A stretch of 64,000 nucleotides of DNA from Candidatus Latescibacterota bacterium (GTDB taxonomy: Bacteria; Latescibacterota; UBA2968; UBA8231). The stretch is from assembly GCA_965215195.1 (NCBI GenBank), contig CBDCDC010000002.1, positions 1,920,001-1,984,000 of the forward strand. The letters are read 5' to 3'. Positions 18,273 to 27,891 of the stretch are shown piece after piece. Positions within the stretch are counted from its first letter, which is position 1. Each line of letters opens with the position of its first letter. The position numbers and the translations under genes are program-made. The notes under the pieces are model-generated. The model was not told the DNA's origin. It did not search any database and saw only the letters and a program-made list of their open reading frames with translations.

Positions 18273-19160
18273 TTAGTGTCGCTGCATCCGCGCGCGAAAA
18301 AAGTGAATGAGAGGTTCGACATAAGGGCGCGACAGATCAATCGCGATTTCGTCGACGCCCGCTTTGTGCAATAGAGTGCTGCGGCGCTCGGCTAGGGCCC
18401 GCTGTTCGGCGGCGAAAAATGCGCGCACGCCCTCGTGGCCGCTATCGACGAGCACCTGTTGGCCGGTCTCGGCGTCTTGCAGGTTGATAAAACCAACATC
18501 GGGTAGGTCCCACTCGCGTGGGTCGCTCACCACCACGGCGATCAAGTCGTGGCGCTGGCTCAAGTGCCGCAGCGCCGGCTCGTACCCTTGGTCGAGAAAG
18601 TCGGAGATGACAAAGATCACGCTGCGGCGGTGCAAGACGCGGCTGAGGTATTCCAAGGCCCCGGCGATGGAGGTCTTGCGCCCCTGCGGCTGAAAGTACA
18701 GCAGCTCGCGCAGGACGCGCAACACGTGCTTGCGCCCCTTTTTCGGCGGCACGAAGACCTCGACCTCGTCCGTGAAGATCAGCAGGCCCACGCGGTCGTT
18801 GTTCTCAATCGCGCTAAAGGCCAACAGCGCCGAGACCTCAACCCCAATTTCCCCCTTCATCTGCTGCTGGGAGCCAAAAGCCCCGGACGCGCTGGCATCT
18901 ACCACCAGCACAGCGGTCAGCTCGCGCTCCTCGTCGAATATCTTGATAAAGGGCGCTCCCACCCGCGCCGTCACGTTCCAGTCGATGTGGCGCACGTCGT
19001 CGCCGGGCTGATATTCGCGCGCCTCGGCAAACTCCATGCCCCGCCCCTTGAACGCCGAGTGGTATTCGCCGGCGAAGAGATTGTTCACCATGCTGCGGGT
19101 GTGAATCTCGATCAGGCGAACTTTGTCGAGTATCTCTTTGGGAATCACGGCTCGGCTCAA
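18273..19160 (-). CDS. DUF58 (vWA-like) protein
   Basis: GEYHSAFKGRGMEF, REYQPGDDVRHIDWNVTAR, ISDF. Confidence 0.92.
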   Translation of the reverse strand: MSRAVIPKEILDKVRLIEIHTRSMVNNLFAGEYHSAFKGRGMEFAEAREYQPGDDVRHIDWNVTARVGAPFIKIFDEERELTAVLVVDASASGAFGSQQQMKGEIGVEVSALLAFSAIENNDRVGLLIFTDEVEVFVPPKKGRKHVLRVLRELLYFQPQGRKTSIAGALEYLSRVLHRRSVIFVISDFLDQGYEPALRHLSQRHDLIAVVVSDPREWDLPDVGFINLQDAETGQQVLVDSGHEGVRAFFAAEQRALAERRSTLLHKAGVDEIAIDLSRPYVEPLIHFFRARMQRH

Positions 19161-19162
19161 CT

Positions 19163-20161
19163 TCAGGGAACTTCGATGTGGTCGAAGAGCTGCTGCACGA
19201 TGTGATCGCTGTCGATTTCCTCGGCCTCGGCCTCGTACGAGGCGATGATCCGATGCCTGAGTACATCGGCCCCCACGGCCTTGACATCTTCTGGGGTGAC
19301 GTAGGCGCGGCGCTGGATGAAGGCGTGGGCGCGCGCCGTGCGGACGAGAAAAATAGCGGCCCGCGGCGAGGCCCCGTACTCGATTAGCGGCGTCATGTCG
19401 GCCAAGCCGTAGTCGGCCGGCCGCCGGGTGGCTTGGACGAGGTCGACGACGTAATCCTTGATCTTGTCGTCGATATAGACGATCTCCACCACCTCGCGCA
19501 GGCGGCGTATTTCGTCGATGCCCACCGCTTTCTCCACCTCAATCGGACTGTCGTTGGCCATGCGGTCCAAGATCAGCCGCTCCTCGGTGCGCGACGGGTA
19601 ATTGACTTTCACTTTGAGCATGAAGCGATCGACTTGGGCCTCGGGCAGCGGGTAGGTTCCCTCTTGATCTATCGGGTTCTGGGTGGCCATGACCAAGAAC
19701 GGGTCGTCGAGTGCATAGGTTTGCTCGCCGATAGTAACCTGCCGCTCTTGCATGCACTCCAAAAGCGCGCTCTGCACTTTGGCTGGTGCCCGGTTGATCT
19801 CGTCGGCCAAAATCAAATGGGCAAAGATCGGGCCTTTCTTGGGTATGAACACCCCTTGGTGCTGGTTGTAGATGGTGGTCCCGGTCAGATCGGCGGGCAG
19901 CAGATCCGGGGTAAATTGGATCCGCTTAAAACGGGCCGCCACGATCCGCGCCAGCGTCGCTACCGTCAGGGTCTTGGCTAGTCCGGGCACTCCTTCGAGG
20001 AGGATGTGGCCGTTGCACAACAGACCCATCAGGATCCGCTCCACCATGGCGCGTTGGCCGACGATGACCCGGTCCATCTCCTGCAAGATGCGCTCCACCA
20101 CCAAGCTCTCGCGCTGGACCTGCTCGCTAATGGCGTGAATGTCTATTGTCGTTTGCGTCAT
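19163..20161 (-). CDS. moxR: MoxR family AAA+ ATPase
   Basis: LLEGVPGLAKT, RIQFTPDLLPAD, LADEINRAPAKVQSALLE, ATQNP, YPLPEAQVDRF. Start could be 20179. Confidence 0.95.
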   Translation of the reverse strand: MTQTTIDIHAISEQVQRESLVVERILQEMDRVIVGQRAMVERILMGLLCNGHILLEGVPGLAKTLTVATLARIVAARFKRIQFTPDLLPADLTGTTIYNQHQGVFIPKKGPIFAHLILADEINRAPAKVQSALLECMQERQVTIGEQTYALDDPFLVMATQNPIDQEGTYPLPEAQVDRFMLKVKVNYPSRTEERLILDRMANDSPIEVEKAVGIDEIRRLREVVEIVYIDDKIKDYVVDLVQATRRPADYGLADMTPLIEYGASPRAAIFLVRTARAHAFIQRRAYVTPEDVKAVGADVLRHRIIASYEAEAEEIDSDHIVQQLFDHIEVP

Positions 20162-20196
20162 CGGATGTACTCTCGACATGCTCTAAGTCTCGGCCA

Positions 20197-20228
20197 ATAA
20201 AAAACCGCCCTGCGAATTCGCAAGCGGC
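20197..20228 (-). terminator. Probable intrinsic terminator between the TPR lipoprotein gene and moxR
   Basis: Minus strand GCCGCTTGCGAATTCGCAGGGCGGT followed by TTTTTATT. Confidence 0.6.
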
Positions 20229-20270
20229 TGGGCCCATCTGCCTCAAACCTCTATGGCAACTTCTAATGTA

Positions 20271-20786
20271 CTAAGGAGCGGCGACCTCGTCCTGAAGTTG
20301 GCCCGCGGCTTCGTCCTGAAATTGAACCCATTCTTGAGGGGCGCGCCCGATGTTGGGCAACAGGTGCCGGGCACTGGCCGCGAGCTCGGAATCCGGGTAG
20401 TTCTCAATCACGCGCTGATAGGCTCGCCGCGCTTCCGCTAGATCGCGGATGTACTCCTCGTATATGAAGGCGATCATAAATTGGGCTTCGTCGCCGTGCT
20501 CGCTATCGGGATATTCGGCCAACACGCGCTCGTAATAACCGATGGCCTCCTGCATCTTCCCTTGCTGCTGGGCCAAGCCGGCGAGTTTTCTCAGGGCCTC
20601 CGGTGCTTTGGGAGATTCGTCGAAGCGCTCGAGAAACGTCGTAAAATGCGCGACCGCTTGGTCGGCCGTGGCCGGGTCGGCCGCAGCGGCCTCGCCGGCT
20701 GCGAATAGCTCTTCAGCGCTTTGCTGGCCGCAACCTCCGCACCAAGACCCGGCGACAAAAATTCCCAGTACTATCTTCGCTACCAT
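20271..20786 (-). CDS. TPR lipoprotein (CpoB/BamD-like repeats)
   Basis: Lipobox-like GGC, TPR units YPDSEHGDEAQF and YPDSELA. Confidence 0.75.
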   Translation of the reverse strand: MVAKIVLGIFVAGSWCGGCGQQSAEELFAAGEAAAADPATADQAVAHFTTFLERFDESPKAPEALRKLAGLAQQQGKMQEAIGYYERVLAEYPDSEHGDEAQFMIAFIYEEYIRDLAEARRAYQRVIENYPDSELAASARHLLPNIGRAPQEWVQFQDEAAGQLQDEVAAP

Positions 20787-20820
20787 CTATGTTTAACCGC
20801 GCATCACGTGGAAAAGTTCC

Positions 20821-21102
20821 TCAATCGGCTTTGGCAGTATCCGCTTTGCCGCTGCCTTTTTTGTCGCCCGCCTTGCCGCCGTCTTTGTCGGCCTTAGCCG
20901 CCTTCTGGTATCCATCGCTGCGATAGTCGGTCGTGTAAAAGCCCGTCCCCTTAAACAGCAAGCCGCCGCCCGTGCCGATGAGCCGCTTGACCGGGCCGGT
21001 ACAACGTACTTCCGGGCAGGTCTGGCGCGGCGCGGCCGTGATGCTCTGAAACTCTTCAAATCGGTGACCGCACTGCTGGCATTCGTATTCGTATGTGGGC
21101 AT
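20821..21102 (-). CDS. FmdB family zinc-ribbon protein
   Basis: MPTYEYECQQCGHRFE...CP...C...FKGTGFYTTDY. Confidence 0.9.
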   Translation of the reverse strand: MPTYEYECQQCGHRFEEFQSITAAPRQTCPEVRCTGPVKRLIGTGGGLLFKGTGFYTTDYRSDGYQKAAKADKDGGKAGDKKGSGKADTAKAD

Positions 21103-21192
21103 GGCTTTGACTCTCGCTATAAGTAAAAATACAAACTTATTAATATAAATTCGTTCAACTAGGGGCGCAATAGTTGGCTCCGCACCTAAGGT

Positions 21193-23088
21193 TTACTCGG
21201 CGGCACCCATTTCCGGGAGATCGCCCATGCCGAGGGAATGCACCTTGTCGCGCTCGATTTTGAGCAAGGTCAACGCGCTGTTGGAGCGCACGTTCGGCGA
21301 CAAGGAGATGATGCCCGAGGCTCCTTCGTAGAAACGGACCGCGGTCAACCACTTGACCAGTGCAGTCGGATCGCGGTACCCCTGCTCCCATCCGTCGATG
21401 AGCAAGTGGGTGGCGTCGTAGCCTGCGGCTGCATAGTGCGGGTCGCGGCGGAATTGCTTGCGAAAGGCACTGACAAACGACTGCGCGGGCGCAGACTCAG
21501 CTTGCCGCGCGGAAACGAAAATGACCCCGTCGAAATTCTTGCGCTCGCCCGGGCCCATCTGCCGGATGGCTTCGGGATCCCACCACGCATCGTTGCCGAG
21601 GACTTGGGTCTGCAAGCGGTGAAAATGCACCTGCGGCGCGATTGTCTTGGCGTCCGCAAAGCTCTCGACCACCACCACCACCCCGTCAATGGTGTCGATA
21701 AACATATCCGCTTTTAGTTGTTCCTCGACCGCTTCAAGCGTATCTGGCGGAGGCGGTCTTAGCGCAAAACCGGCCGCGCGAATCTCCTCGAAGACATGGC
21801 GGAAATCCTTCGTCTGACTGGGGATATACCAATCGCTGTGCGCGATCTGGCCGCCGTTGCGCTCGGCAATGCGGGTGAATTCGCGTGCGAAATCCCAGCC
21901 ATAGTCGCTGAGGGGGGAAATGAGCGCTAAGTGCTCCAAGCCAAGGACGAGGGTCGCGTACTCGCCCAAGAGACGCGCCTGCGTCTTTGGGACCGTGCTC
22001 AACTGGAAGACGCTGTGGCCGAGCGAATCCAAGCCGCTCTGTTGGGCCAGCGGCACCAACAACGGAACGCCAGCGCGTGCGGCGACCGTGGCCGCCACGA
22101 CGCTAGAGCTGCTACGAAGCGGCCCGACGATGGCCACGACTCCTTGATCCAGCAACTGCTGGGCACCGTACGCCACGCGCAACAAACCGCTGGCCGGGCT
22201 TTCGCTGACGGCGCTGCCGCGATCGGTAGCGATGGGCAAATTCCCGTAGTCAATCCCGGTATCGGCGATTACCAGTTCAAAGGGACTGCCGGCTTCCCGA
22301 TTGGCCAATTGCACACCATCGCGGAGCTCCTCGCCGATCCGGCGATCCAGCCCGGTCAGCGGCAGCAACAAGCCCAACCGGGGCGACCCCGAGCCAACGC
22401 GCGGGCGAGATGCGGACTGACTACCCCCCCAGACAGCGGCCAACGGAGCGAATATGCCGTTGACAACGCTGTCGCGATAGGTCTGCATGGCCTCGGCGGC
22501 TTCCTCTTGCCAGCCGAGGCGCTGATACCAGCGCACCCGGCCGAAGAACAGGGCCTCGCGCAGCCGCCCGGCCCCTACGGCCTGACGCAGGCGCGTCAGC
22601 TCTCGTTCTTTTATTTGTCCGTTCCACTCCATGGCCGCCAACCGCTCGGCCGCTTGGGCCTGAATGCCGAGCGGTGCCTGCGTGGCCAGCAAACGGCCGT
22701 ACTGGGACGCGGCCGCGTCGTGGTGCTTGCTGTTGAAAAACGAGTCGCCGATCAACAGCCGGGCATGGGGCAGGTAGCGGCTCGTGGGGAACCTGCGCTG
22801 CAAGACCAAGGCCGCGTCGATGGCTTCGGCAAAGCGCCCTAGGCGGTACAGGGATTTCCCCAAGAGGAACCCGCCGGCGCTGGACCGCTGATTGAGCGGG
22901 AACTCCGCTAGCTGCTGCAGGTGGTTGCGAGCCTCGTCGAAACGCTCCTGCCGATAGGCCTCAAGCGCATTGCCAAAGGTCTTTTCGGCGTCGGCCGAGT
23001 ACGTCCACGTGCGCGCCTGCCCTTCTGCGAAGTTCGGTACCAGCACCGCCGCGAAGAGCGCGCAGGCGTAGCGAGCAATGCGCTGCAA
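21193..23088 (-). CDS. LpoA/LppC-like protein (N-terminal TPR + type I periplasmic-binding fold)
   Basis: Signal-like N-terminus from TTG at 23088 (start uncertain), TPRs, LGLLLPLTG, AIVGPL, AAAGYDAT, FYEGASG. Confidence 0.7.
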   Translation of the reverse strand: MQRIARYACALFAAVLVPNFAEGQARTWTYSADAEKTFGNALEAYRQERFDEARNHLQQLAEFPLNQRSSAGGFLLGKSLYRLGRFAEAIDAALVLQRRFPTSRYLPHARLLIGDSFFNSKHHDAAASQYGRLLATQAPLGIQAQAAERLAAMEWNGQIKERELTRLRQAVGAGRLREALFFGRVRWYQRLGWQEEAAEAMQTYRDSVVNGIFAPLAAVWGGSQSASRPRVGSGSPRLGLLLPLTGLDRRIGEELRDGVQLANREAGSPFELVIADTGIDYGNLPIATDRGSAVSESPASGLLRVAYGAQQLLDQGVVAIVGPLRSSSSVVAATVAARAGVPLLVPLAQQSGLDSLGHSVFQLSTVPKTQARLLGEYATLVLGLEHLALISPLSDYGWDFAREFTRIAERNGGQIAHSDWYIPSQTKDFRHVFEEIRAAGFALRPPPPDTLEAVEEQLKADMFIDTIDGVVVVVESFADAKTIAPQVHFHRLQTQVLGNDAWWDPEAIRQMGPGERKNFDGVIFVSARQAESAPAQSFVSAFRKQFRRDPHYAAAGYDATHLLIDGWEQGYRDPTALVKWLTAVRFYEGASGIISLSPNVRSNSALTLLKIERDKVHSLGMGDLPEMGAAE

Positions 23089-23190
23089 GGCTGTAGGCGG
23101 GAAAAAGGTACGGGGCTTAGGTTGTCCACATCTGAGAGGACGAGTATATTTTTTACGCCACTGCATTTTCAACCTTTCCGTAGGTAATAT

Positions 23191-24696
23191 ATGCAACCGC
23201 GTGCTGAAAAAGTGGAGATTGACCCAGAAAAACTGCGCCGTCTCCTAGCTAGACAAATCGAAGAGCAAGAGCAAGCACCAGCCCAGCCCGAGGCTTCCTC
23301 CACCGAGGGCGAAGGCACACAAACCACCGAGTCCGAGGCCCTCCACTTCGACCTCAAACCGGAAGAATTAGAGGCCTATCTCGATCAATACGTCATTGAG
23401 CAGCAAGACGCCAAGGCCATTCTCGCCACCAAGATCTGCACGCACTTCAACCGCCTAAAACTGCCCCCGGAGGAAGACGAGGGGCTCGTCGGCAGCATCA
23501 AGAACAACGTGCTGATGGTCGGCCCTACCGGCGTGGGCAAAACCTATCTAATTCGCCTCATCGCCCGCAAAATCGGCGTCCCTTTCGTCAAGGGCGACGC
23601 CACCAAATTCAGCGAGACCGGCTACGTTGGCGGCGATGTCGAAGACTTGGTGCGCGACCTAGTCCGCGAGGCCAACGGCGATATCGAACGCGCCCAGTGC
23701 GGCATCATATACATCGACGAAATCGACAAAATCGCCTCCGCGCAGGGAGTACACGGCCCAGACGTCTCCCGTTCAGGCGTCCAGCGCAACCTGCTCAAGC
23801 TGATGGAGGAAACCGACGTCGACCTCAAGGCCCCGCACGACATTGCCTCGCAAATGGAATCCGTCATCCAGATGCAGCAGACGGGCAAGATCGAACGCCA
23901 GAAGGTCAATACCCGCAACATCCTCTTTATCGTTAGCGGGGCCTTTTCCGGGCTCGACGAAATCATCGGCCGCCGGCTCAACAAAGGCACCATGGGGTTC
24001 CGCTCCCAAGCCGACCCGGCCCACCTCAACGCCGATCAGCTTCTGTCCCACGTGCGAGCCGAGGACCTAATCGAATACGGGTTCGAGTCCGAGTTCATCG
24101 GCCGCTTGCCCGTCATCGCCGTGCTAAACGGCCTCGGCCCCGAAGATCTCCTCGAAATCCTTCGCAATCCCAAAAGCAGCGTCATCCTGTCCAAAAAGCG
24201 CGACTTCCGCGCCTATGGTATTGAGGTCGAATTTGCCGACGAGGCCCTAGCCCTGTTAGCCGAGCGCGCACACGCCGAGCACATCGGTGCCCGAGGCTTG
24301 GTCAGCGCCATTGAAAAGGTGCTGCTCAACTACGAAAAAAAGCTCCCTTCCGTCGGCGTCGAGCGCTTTACGGTCCAAGCCCACACCGTACTCGACCCTG
24401 CGACCGGTCTGGAGCGCTTGCTCCAAGATGCCTCGCTGCGCCGCTTTCTCGACAACTTTCAACGCGATCACGCCATCGCCTTGGCGATCACGCCGGAAGC
24501 CTCCGCGCAAATCGAGTCCCTAGCCAGCACGCGGGACATGGCACCCGGCGAATTGTGCGCAGAAATGTTCAGCGACTACGGACATGGCCTCAAGCTGGCC
24601 GGGTTGAGCCAGTTTTGCATTGACGCGGATGTGGTCGCCGCTCCCCAAGAGGCCCTCAACGCGCTCGTCAAATACTACTACAATCAACGCAGTTAG
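23191..24696 (+). CDS. ClpX-like AAA+ ATPase lacking the N-terminal C4 zinc finger
   Basis: YLDQYVIEQ, GPTGVGKT, DATKFSETGYVGGDVE, IIYIDEIDKI, EFIGRLPV, IGARGL; MGF in place of the IGF loop. Confidence 0.85.
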   Translation: MQPRAEKVEIDPEKLRRLLARQIEEQEQAPAQPEASSTEGEGTQTTESEALHFDLKPEELEAYLDQYVIEQQDAKAILATKICTHFNRLKLPPEEDEGLVGSIKNNVLMVGPTGVGKTYLIRLIARKIGVPFVKGDATKFSETGYVGGDVEDLVRDLVREANGDIERAQCGIIYIDEIDKIASAQGVHGPDVSRSGVQRNLLKLMEETDVDLKAPHDIASQMESVIQMQQTGKIERQKVNTRNILFIVSGAFSGLDEIIGRRLNKGTMGFRSQADPAHLNADQLLSHVRAEDLIEYGFESEFIGRLPVIAVLNGLGPEDLLEILRNPKSSVILSKKRDFRAYGIEVEFADEALALLAERAHAEHIGARGLVSAIEKVLLNYEKKLPSVGVERFTVQAHTVLDPATGLERLLQDASLRRFLDNFQRDHAIALAITPEASAQIESLASTRDMAPGELCAEMFSDYGHGLKLAGLSQFCIDADVVAAPQEALNALVKYYYNQRS

Positions 24697-26063
24697 GTTC
24701 TGCCGTACTGCTTTACCTTGCGGTAGAGCGTACTGAGGCCGATTTGCAGGATTTCGGCCGCCCGCCGTCGGTCGTGGCCAACGGCCTTCAGGGTCTCGGC
24801 AATGGCCATCTGTTCGATCTCGGCCATGCTCATGCCGACGCGAAAACCCAACCCGGGAAAGACGCGCTCGTGGCGGTTGATGTAGCGCGGGATGTCCCCG
24901 ACCTCGAGTACGCCGTCGCGGGAGCACATGACGACCATGCCCTCGATGCAGTTTTTCAATTCCCGCACATTGCCCGGCCAGTCGTAATCGCGCAACACGT
25001 CTAAGGCCCGCGGCCGAAGGCCCGCGATGCGCTTGTCGTTCTCGGCGGCGAACTGCCGGATGAACGCGTCGGCGAGGATGGGTATGTCCTCGCGGCACTC
25101 GCGCAGTGGCGGCACTTCGATCTTGATTACATTGAGCCGGTAGAAGAGATCCGCCCGGAAGGTGCCCTCCCGCACCATGGCTTCGAGATCGCGGTGCGTC
25201 GCCCCGATCAAGCGCACATCGGCCTGCCGGGTCTGGGTGCCGCCGATCCGCTCAAAGCGACCGTCCTGAATCACCCGCAAGAGCTTCACCTGCGTCGGCA
25301 GGGGAATGTCGCCGACTTCGTCGAGGAACAAGGTGCCTTGATCGGCCAGTTCAAAGCGCCCTTTGCGTGCGGCTACGGCCCCGGTATAGGCCCCCTTTTC
25401 GTGGCCGAAAAGCTCGTTTTCGACCAAGCTCTCCGGCAGGGCACCGCAGTTGATCTCGACGAAGGCGTTTTCCCGCCGGCGGCTCCGTTGGTGAATGGCC
25501 TTTGCCACCTCGCCCTTGCCCGTGCCGGTCTCGCCGGTGATCAGAACGCTGGTGCGCGATTGGGCTACCTGTTCGATCTGGAGGTGAATGCGCTGCCACG
25601 ACGATGAGCGGCGGGCGATGTCGTCAAAGCGGTAGCGCTCGTCCAAGCGGCGCTGTAGATCCGAGACCTCCCCCACTAGCTGCTGGTAGCGCAGGCCCTT
25701 TTCCAACACCGCGCCGACCTTGGCCAAATTCAGCGGCTGTAGCTGAAAGTCGTAGGCCCCTTGGCGCATCGCTTCAACCCCCAGCTCAATGTCTTCGGGC
25801 TCGGCAATGGCAATCGCGCAGATGGCCGGATTGCGCTTGTGGGCCAGTTGCTGAACTCGCAATCCGTCGATGCGCTTCTCGCGCAGGGCGTAGATCAGCG
25901 CGTCAACCGCATCGGCGTCGAGTATGTCGTACGCGCTCGGGCCCTCGTGCGCCCAGAGCACTTCGTACGCTCGCTGTTCTAGATAGAAAATCAGCGCTCG
26001 GGCCGGCTGGGATTCGGGCAGCACGACCAACAGCCGCGGCTGCGCATGGCACTTCTCGCTCAC
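24693..26063 (-). CDS. Sigma-54-dependent activator (NtrC family) with atypical receiver domain
   Basis: GETGTGKG, ELFGHEKGAYTGA, LFLDEVG, FRADLFYRL, WPGNVREL and a Fis-type HTH. GTG at 26063 overlaps the rlmD TGA. Confidence 0.9.
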   Translation of the reverse strand: MSEKCHAQPRLLVVLPESQPARALIFYLEQRAYEVLWAHEGPSAYDILDADAVDALIYALREKRIDGLRVQQLAHKRNPAICAIAIAEPEDIELGVEAMRQGAYDFQLQPLNLAKVGAVLEKGLRYQQLVGEVSDLQRRLDERYRFDDIARRSSSWQRIHLQIEQVAQSRTSVLITGETGTGKGEVAKAIHQRSRRRENAFVEINCGALPESLVENELFGHEKGAYTGAVAARKGRFELADQGTLFLDEVGDIPLPTQVKLLRVIQDGRFERIGGTQTRQADVRLIGATHRDLEAMVREGTFRADLFYRLNVIKIEVPPLRECREDIPILADAFIRQFAAENDKRIAGLRPRALDVLRDYDWPGNVRELKNCIEGMVVMCSRDGVLEVGDIPRYINRHERVFPGLGFRVGMSMAEIEQMAIAETLKAVGHDRRRAAEILQIGLSTLYRKVKQYGRT

Positions 26064-27418
26064 GGGGCGACCTGCTTGCACAACTCCACGACCACCTCGC
26101 AGTGCGGCGTTTGGGGGAACATATCTACGGGCTGTACGCTGCGGACGCCGTACCCAGCCCGGCCCAAAGCGCACAGATCGCCGGCTAGCGCGTGGACATT
26201 GCAGGAGACGTAAATGATGCGCGGTGGTGCCAACGCGCACAGACCGGCCAGCGCCTTTTTGTGGATCCCGGGACGCGGTGGATCGACGACAGCTAAGTCA
26301 AAATGCTGGCCTTGTGCCGCCAATTTCCCGAGTATGTCCTCGGCTGCGCCGACCACGAACTCGCAGTGTTCTATCCGATTGCGCCCGGCGTTGCGCCGCG
26401 CGTCCTCCACTGCTTCAGCGACCACTTCGATGCCCAACACGAACTGGGACTGGCGCGCCAAAAGCAGGCTGATACTGCCCGTGCCGCAGTACAAATCCAG
26501 CACGGCCTTTTGCGGCCCGGCCGCGCGGGCTATGACCTCGTAGAGCCGCTCGGCTTGCAGCGAATTCGTCTGAAAAAAGGACTGGGGAGAAATGTCGAAT
26601 TCGAGGCCAGCGCACACTTCGGCGATGCGCCCTCTCCCCTTGAGCACAAACTCGCGTTCCCCGGCCGCTACTTGGGCTTTGCCGGTGTGCAAGGTGACGA
26701 GCAAGACGTCAATTTCGGGTACAGCGTCCAACAGTTGCTCGGCGAGTTGCCGGACTCCTCGGTCGGGATACGAAGACACCACGAGGTTGACCATCACTTC
26801 TCCGCTCCGCTTGCCCTCGCGTACCACCAAGAAGCGCAACAGCCCTTGGTGCCGCTTCAGGTCGTACGCGCTCAGGCCCAACCCTTGGCTGATGCGGCGG
26901 GCCGCTTTGACAATGCGGTTGGAAGTGCGCGACTGTAGATGGCACTCTTCGACGTCGAAGATCCAATTGAAACGCCCGCGGACGTGCAAGCCCAGTTGCA
27001 GCAAGCCTTCGCGATCCGTGCCAAAGGAAAATTCCATTTTGTTGCGATAGAAAAAGGGGGTCGGGCTGGGCAAAATCGGGGCTGCGGCCGGCAGCGGCAG
27101 CCCACTGGTCGCCAATGCGCTGGCGACCATCTGCTCCTTGACGGCGAGCTGGGCCGCATAGGGCAATTCCTGCCAGCGACAGCCGCCGCAACGTCCAAAG
27201 TGAGTGCAACGAGGCTCCTCGCGCTTGTAGCTCTCTGCAAGGAACTCCTCCACCTCGGCCTCGAAGCGCCCTTTGCGCTTCTTTACGACCCGGGCGGCGA
27301 CCCAATCCCCGGGAACGGACTGACGCACGACGACCTCGCGGTGCCCGACATAAGCCAGCCCGTCGCCCTTGGCGGTGAGCGCGGCGACCTCAACCTCGAT
27401 GCGATCTCCTCGTTTCAC
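26060..27418 (-). CDS. rlmD: 23S rRNA (uracil-5)-methyltransferase RlmD/RumA
   Basis: TRAM domain, CTHFGRCGGC Fe-S motif, YRNKMEF, FFQTN, DLYCGTG, DPPRPG, YVSCN, DMFPQTPHCE. Confidence 0.93.
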   Translation of the reverse strand: MKRGDRIEVEVAALTAKGDGLAYVGHREVVVRQSVPGDWVAARVVKKRKGRFEAEVEEFLAESYKREEPRCTHFGRCGGCRWQELPYAAQLAVKEQMVASALATSGLPLPAAAPILPSPTPFFYRNKMEFSFGTDREGLLQLGLHVRGRFNWIFDVEECHLQSRTSNRIVKAARRISQGLGLSAYDLKRHQGLLRFLVVREGKRSGEVMVNLVVSSYPDRGVRQLAEQLLDAVPEIDVLLVTLHTGKAQVAAGEREFVLKGRGRIAEVCAGLEFDISPQSFFQTNSLQAERLYEVIARAAGPQKAVLDLYCGTGSISLLLARQSQFVLGIEVVAEAVEDARRNAGRNRIEHCEFVVGAAEDILGKLAAQGQHFDLAVVDPPRPGIHKKALAGLCALAPPRIIYVSCNVHALAGDLCALGRAGYGVRSVQPVDMFPQTPHCEVVVELCKQVAP

Positions 27419-27430
27419 GTGCCTCTATCT

Positions 27431-27470
27431 AAAATGCAAACGGGGCAAGATGGTCATCATCTTGCCCCGT
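27431..27470 (-). terminator. Intrinsic terminator after rplQ
   Basis: Perfect 13-bp stem ACGGGGCAAGATG / CATCTTGCCCCGT followed by TTGCATTTT. Confidence 0.75.
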
Positions 27471-27493
27471 CGCTACTGCCTTGGACGCCCACC

Positions 27494-27889
27494 TTATTCT
27501 TCGGCCTGCTGCGTCTCTTCCGCGGCCGCCCCAGGACGATCCACGAGCTCGACGATACTCATAAATGCCCCGTCGCCGCGGCGCGGCCCTAACTTGATTA
27601 GGCGCGTATAACCTCCGTTGCGGCTTTTGTAGCGCGGGCCCAGTTCGTCAAAGAGCTTGGCGACCACTTGCTTGTCGGCTATGACGCGCAACACTTGGCG
27701 CCGGGCGTGCAAGTCGCCTTTCTTGGCGCAGGTCAGCACCCGCTCGGCCGTGCGCTTGAGCTCTTTGGCGCGCGTCTGGGTGGTGGTGACGCGCTCGTTG
27801 ATAAAGAGCGAGGCCATCATGTTGGACAACATGGCCTTGCGGTGCGGGGCCGTGCGCCCCAGCTTAGCTATTTTTTTTCCGTGTCTCAT
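27494..27889 (-). CDS. rplQ: 50S ribosomal protein L17
   Basis: [13 protein letters not shown]...[19 protein letters not shown]. Confidence 0.98.
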   Translation of the reverse strand: MRHGKKIAKLGRTAPHRKAMLSNMMASLFINERVTTTQTRAKELKRTAERVLTCAKKGDLHARRQVLRVIADKQVVAKLFDELGPRYKSRNGGYTRLIKLGPRRGDGAFMSIVELVDRPGAAAEETQQAEE

Positions 27890-27891
27890 AG

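Noticed and set aside
23089-23196. Head-to-head overlap of the LpoA-like and ClpX-like ORFs
   Set aside because: The extension is probably an over-called start; the signal-like sequence begins near 23088, leaving a normal divergent gap.
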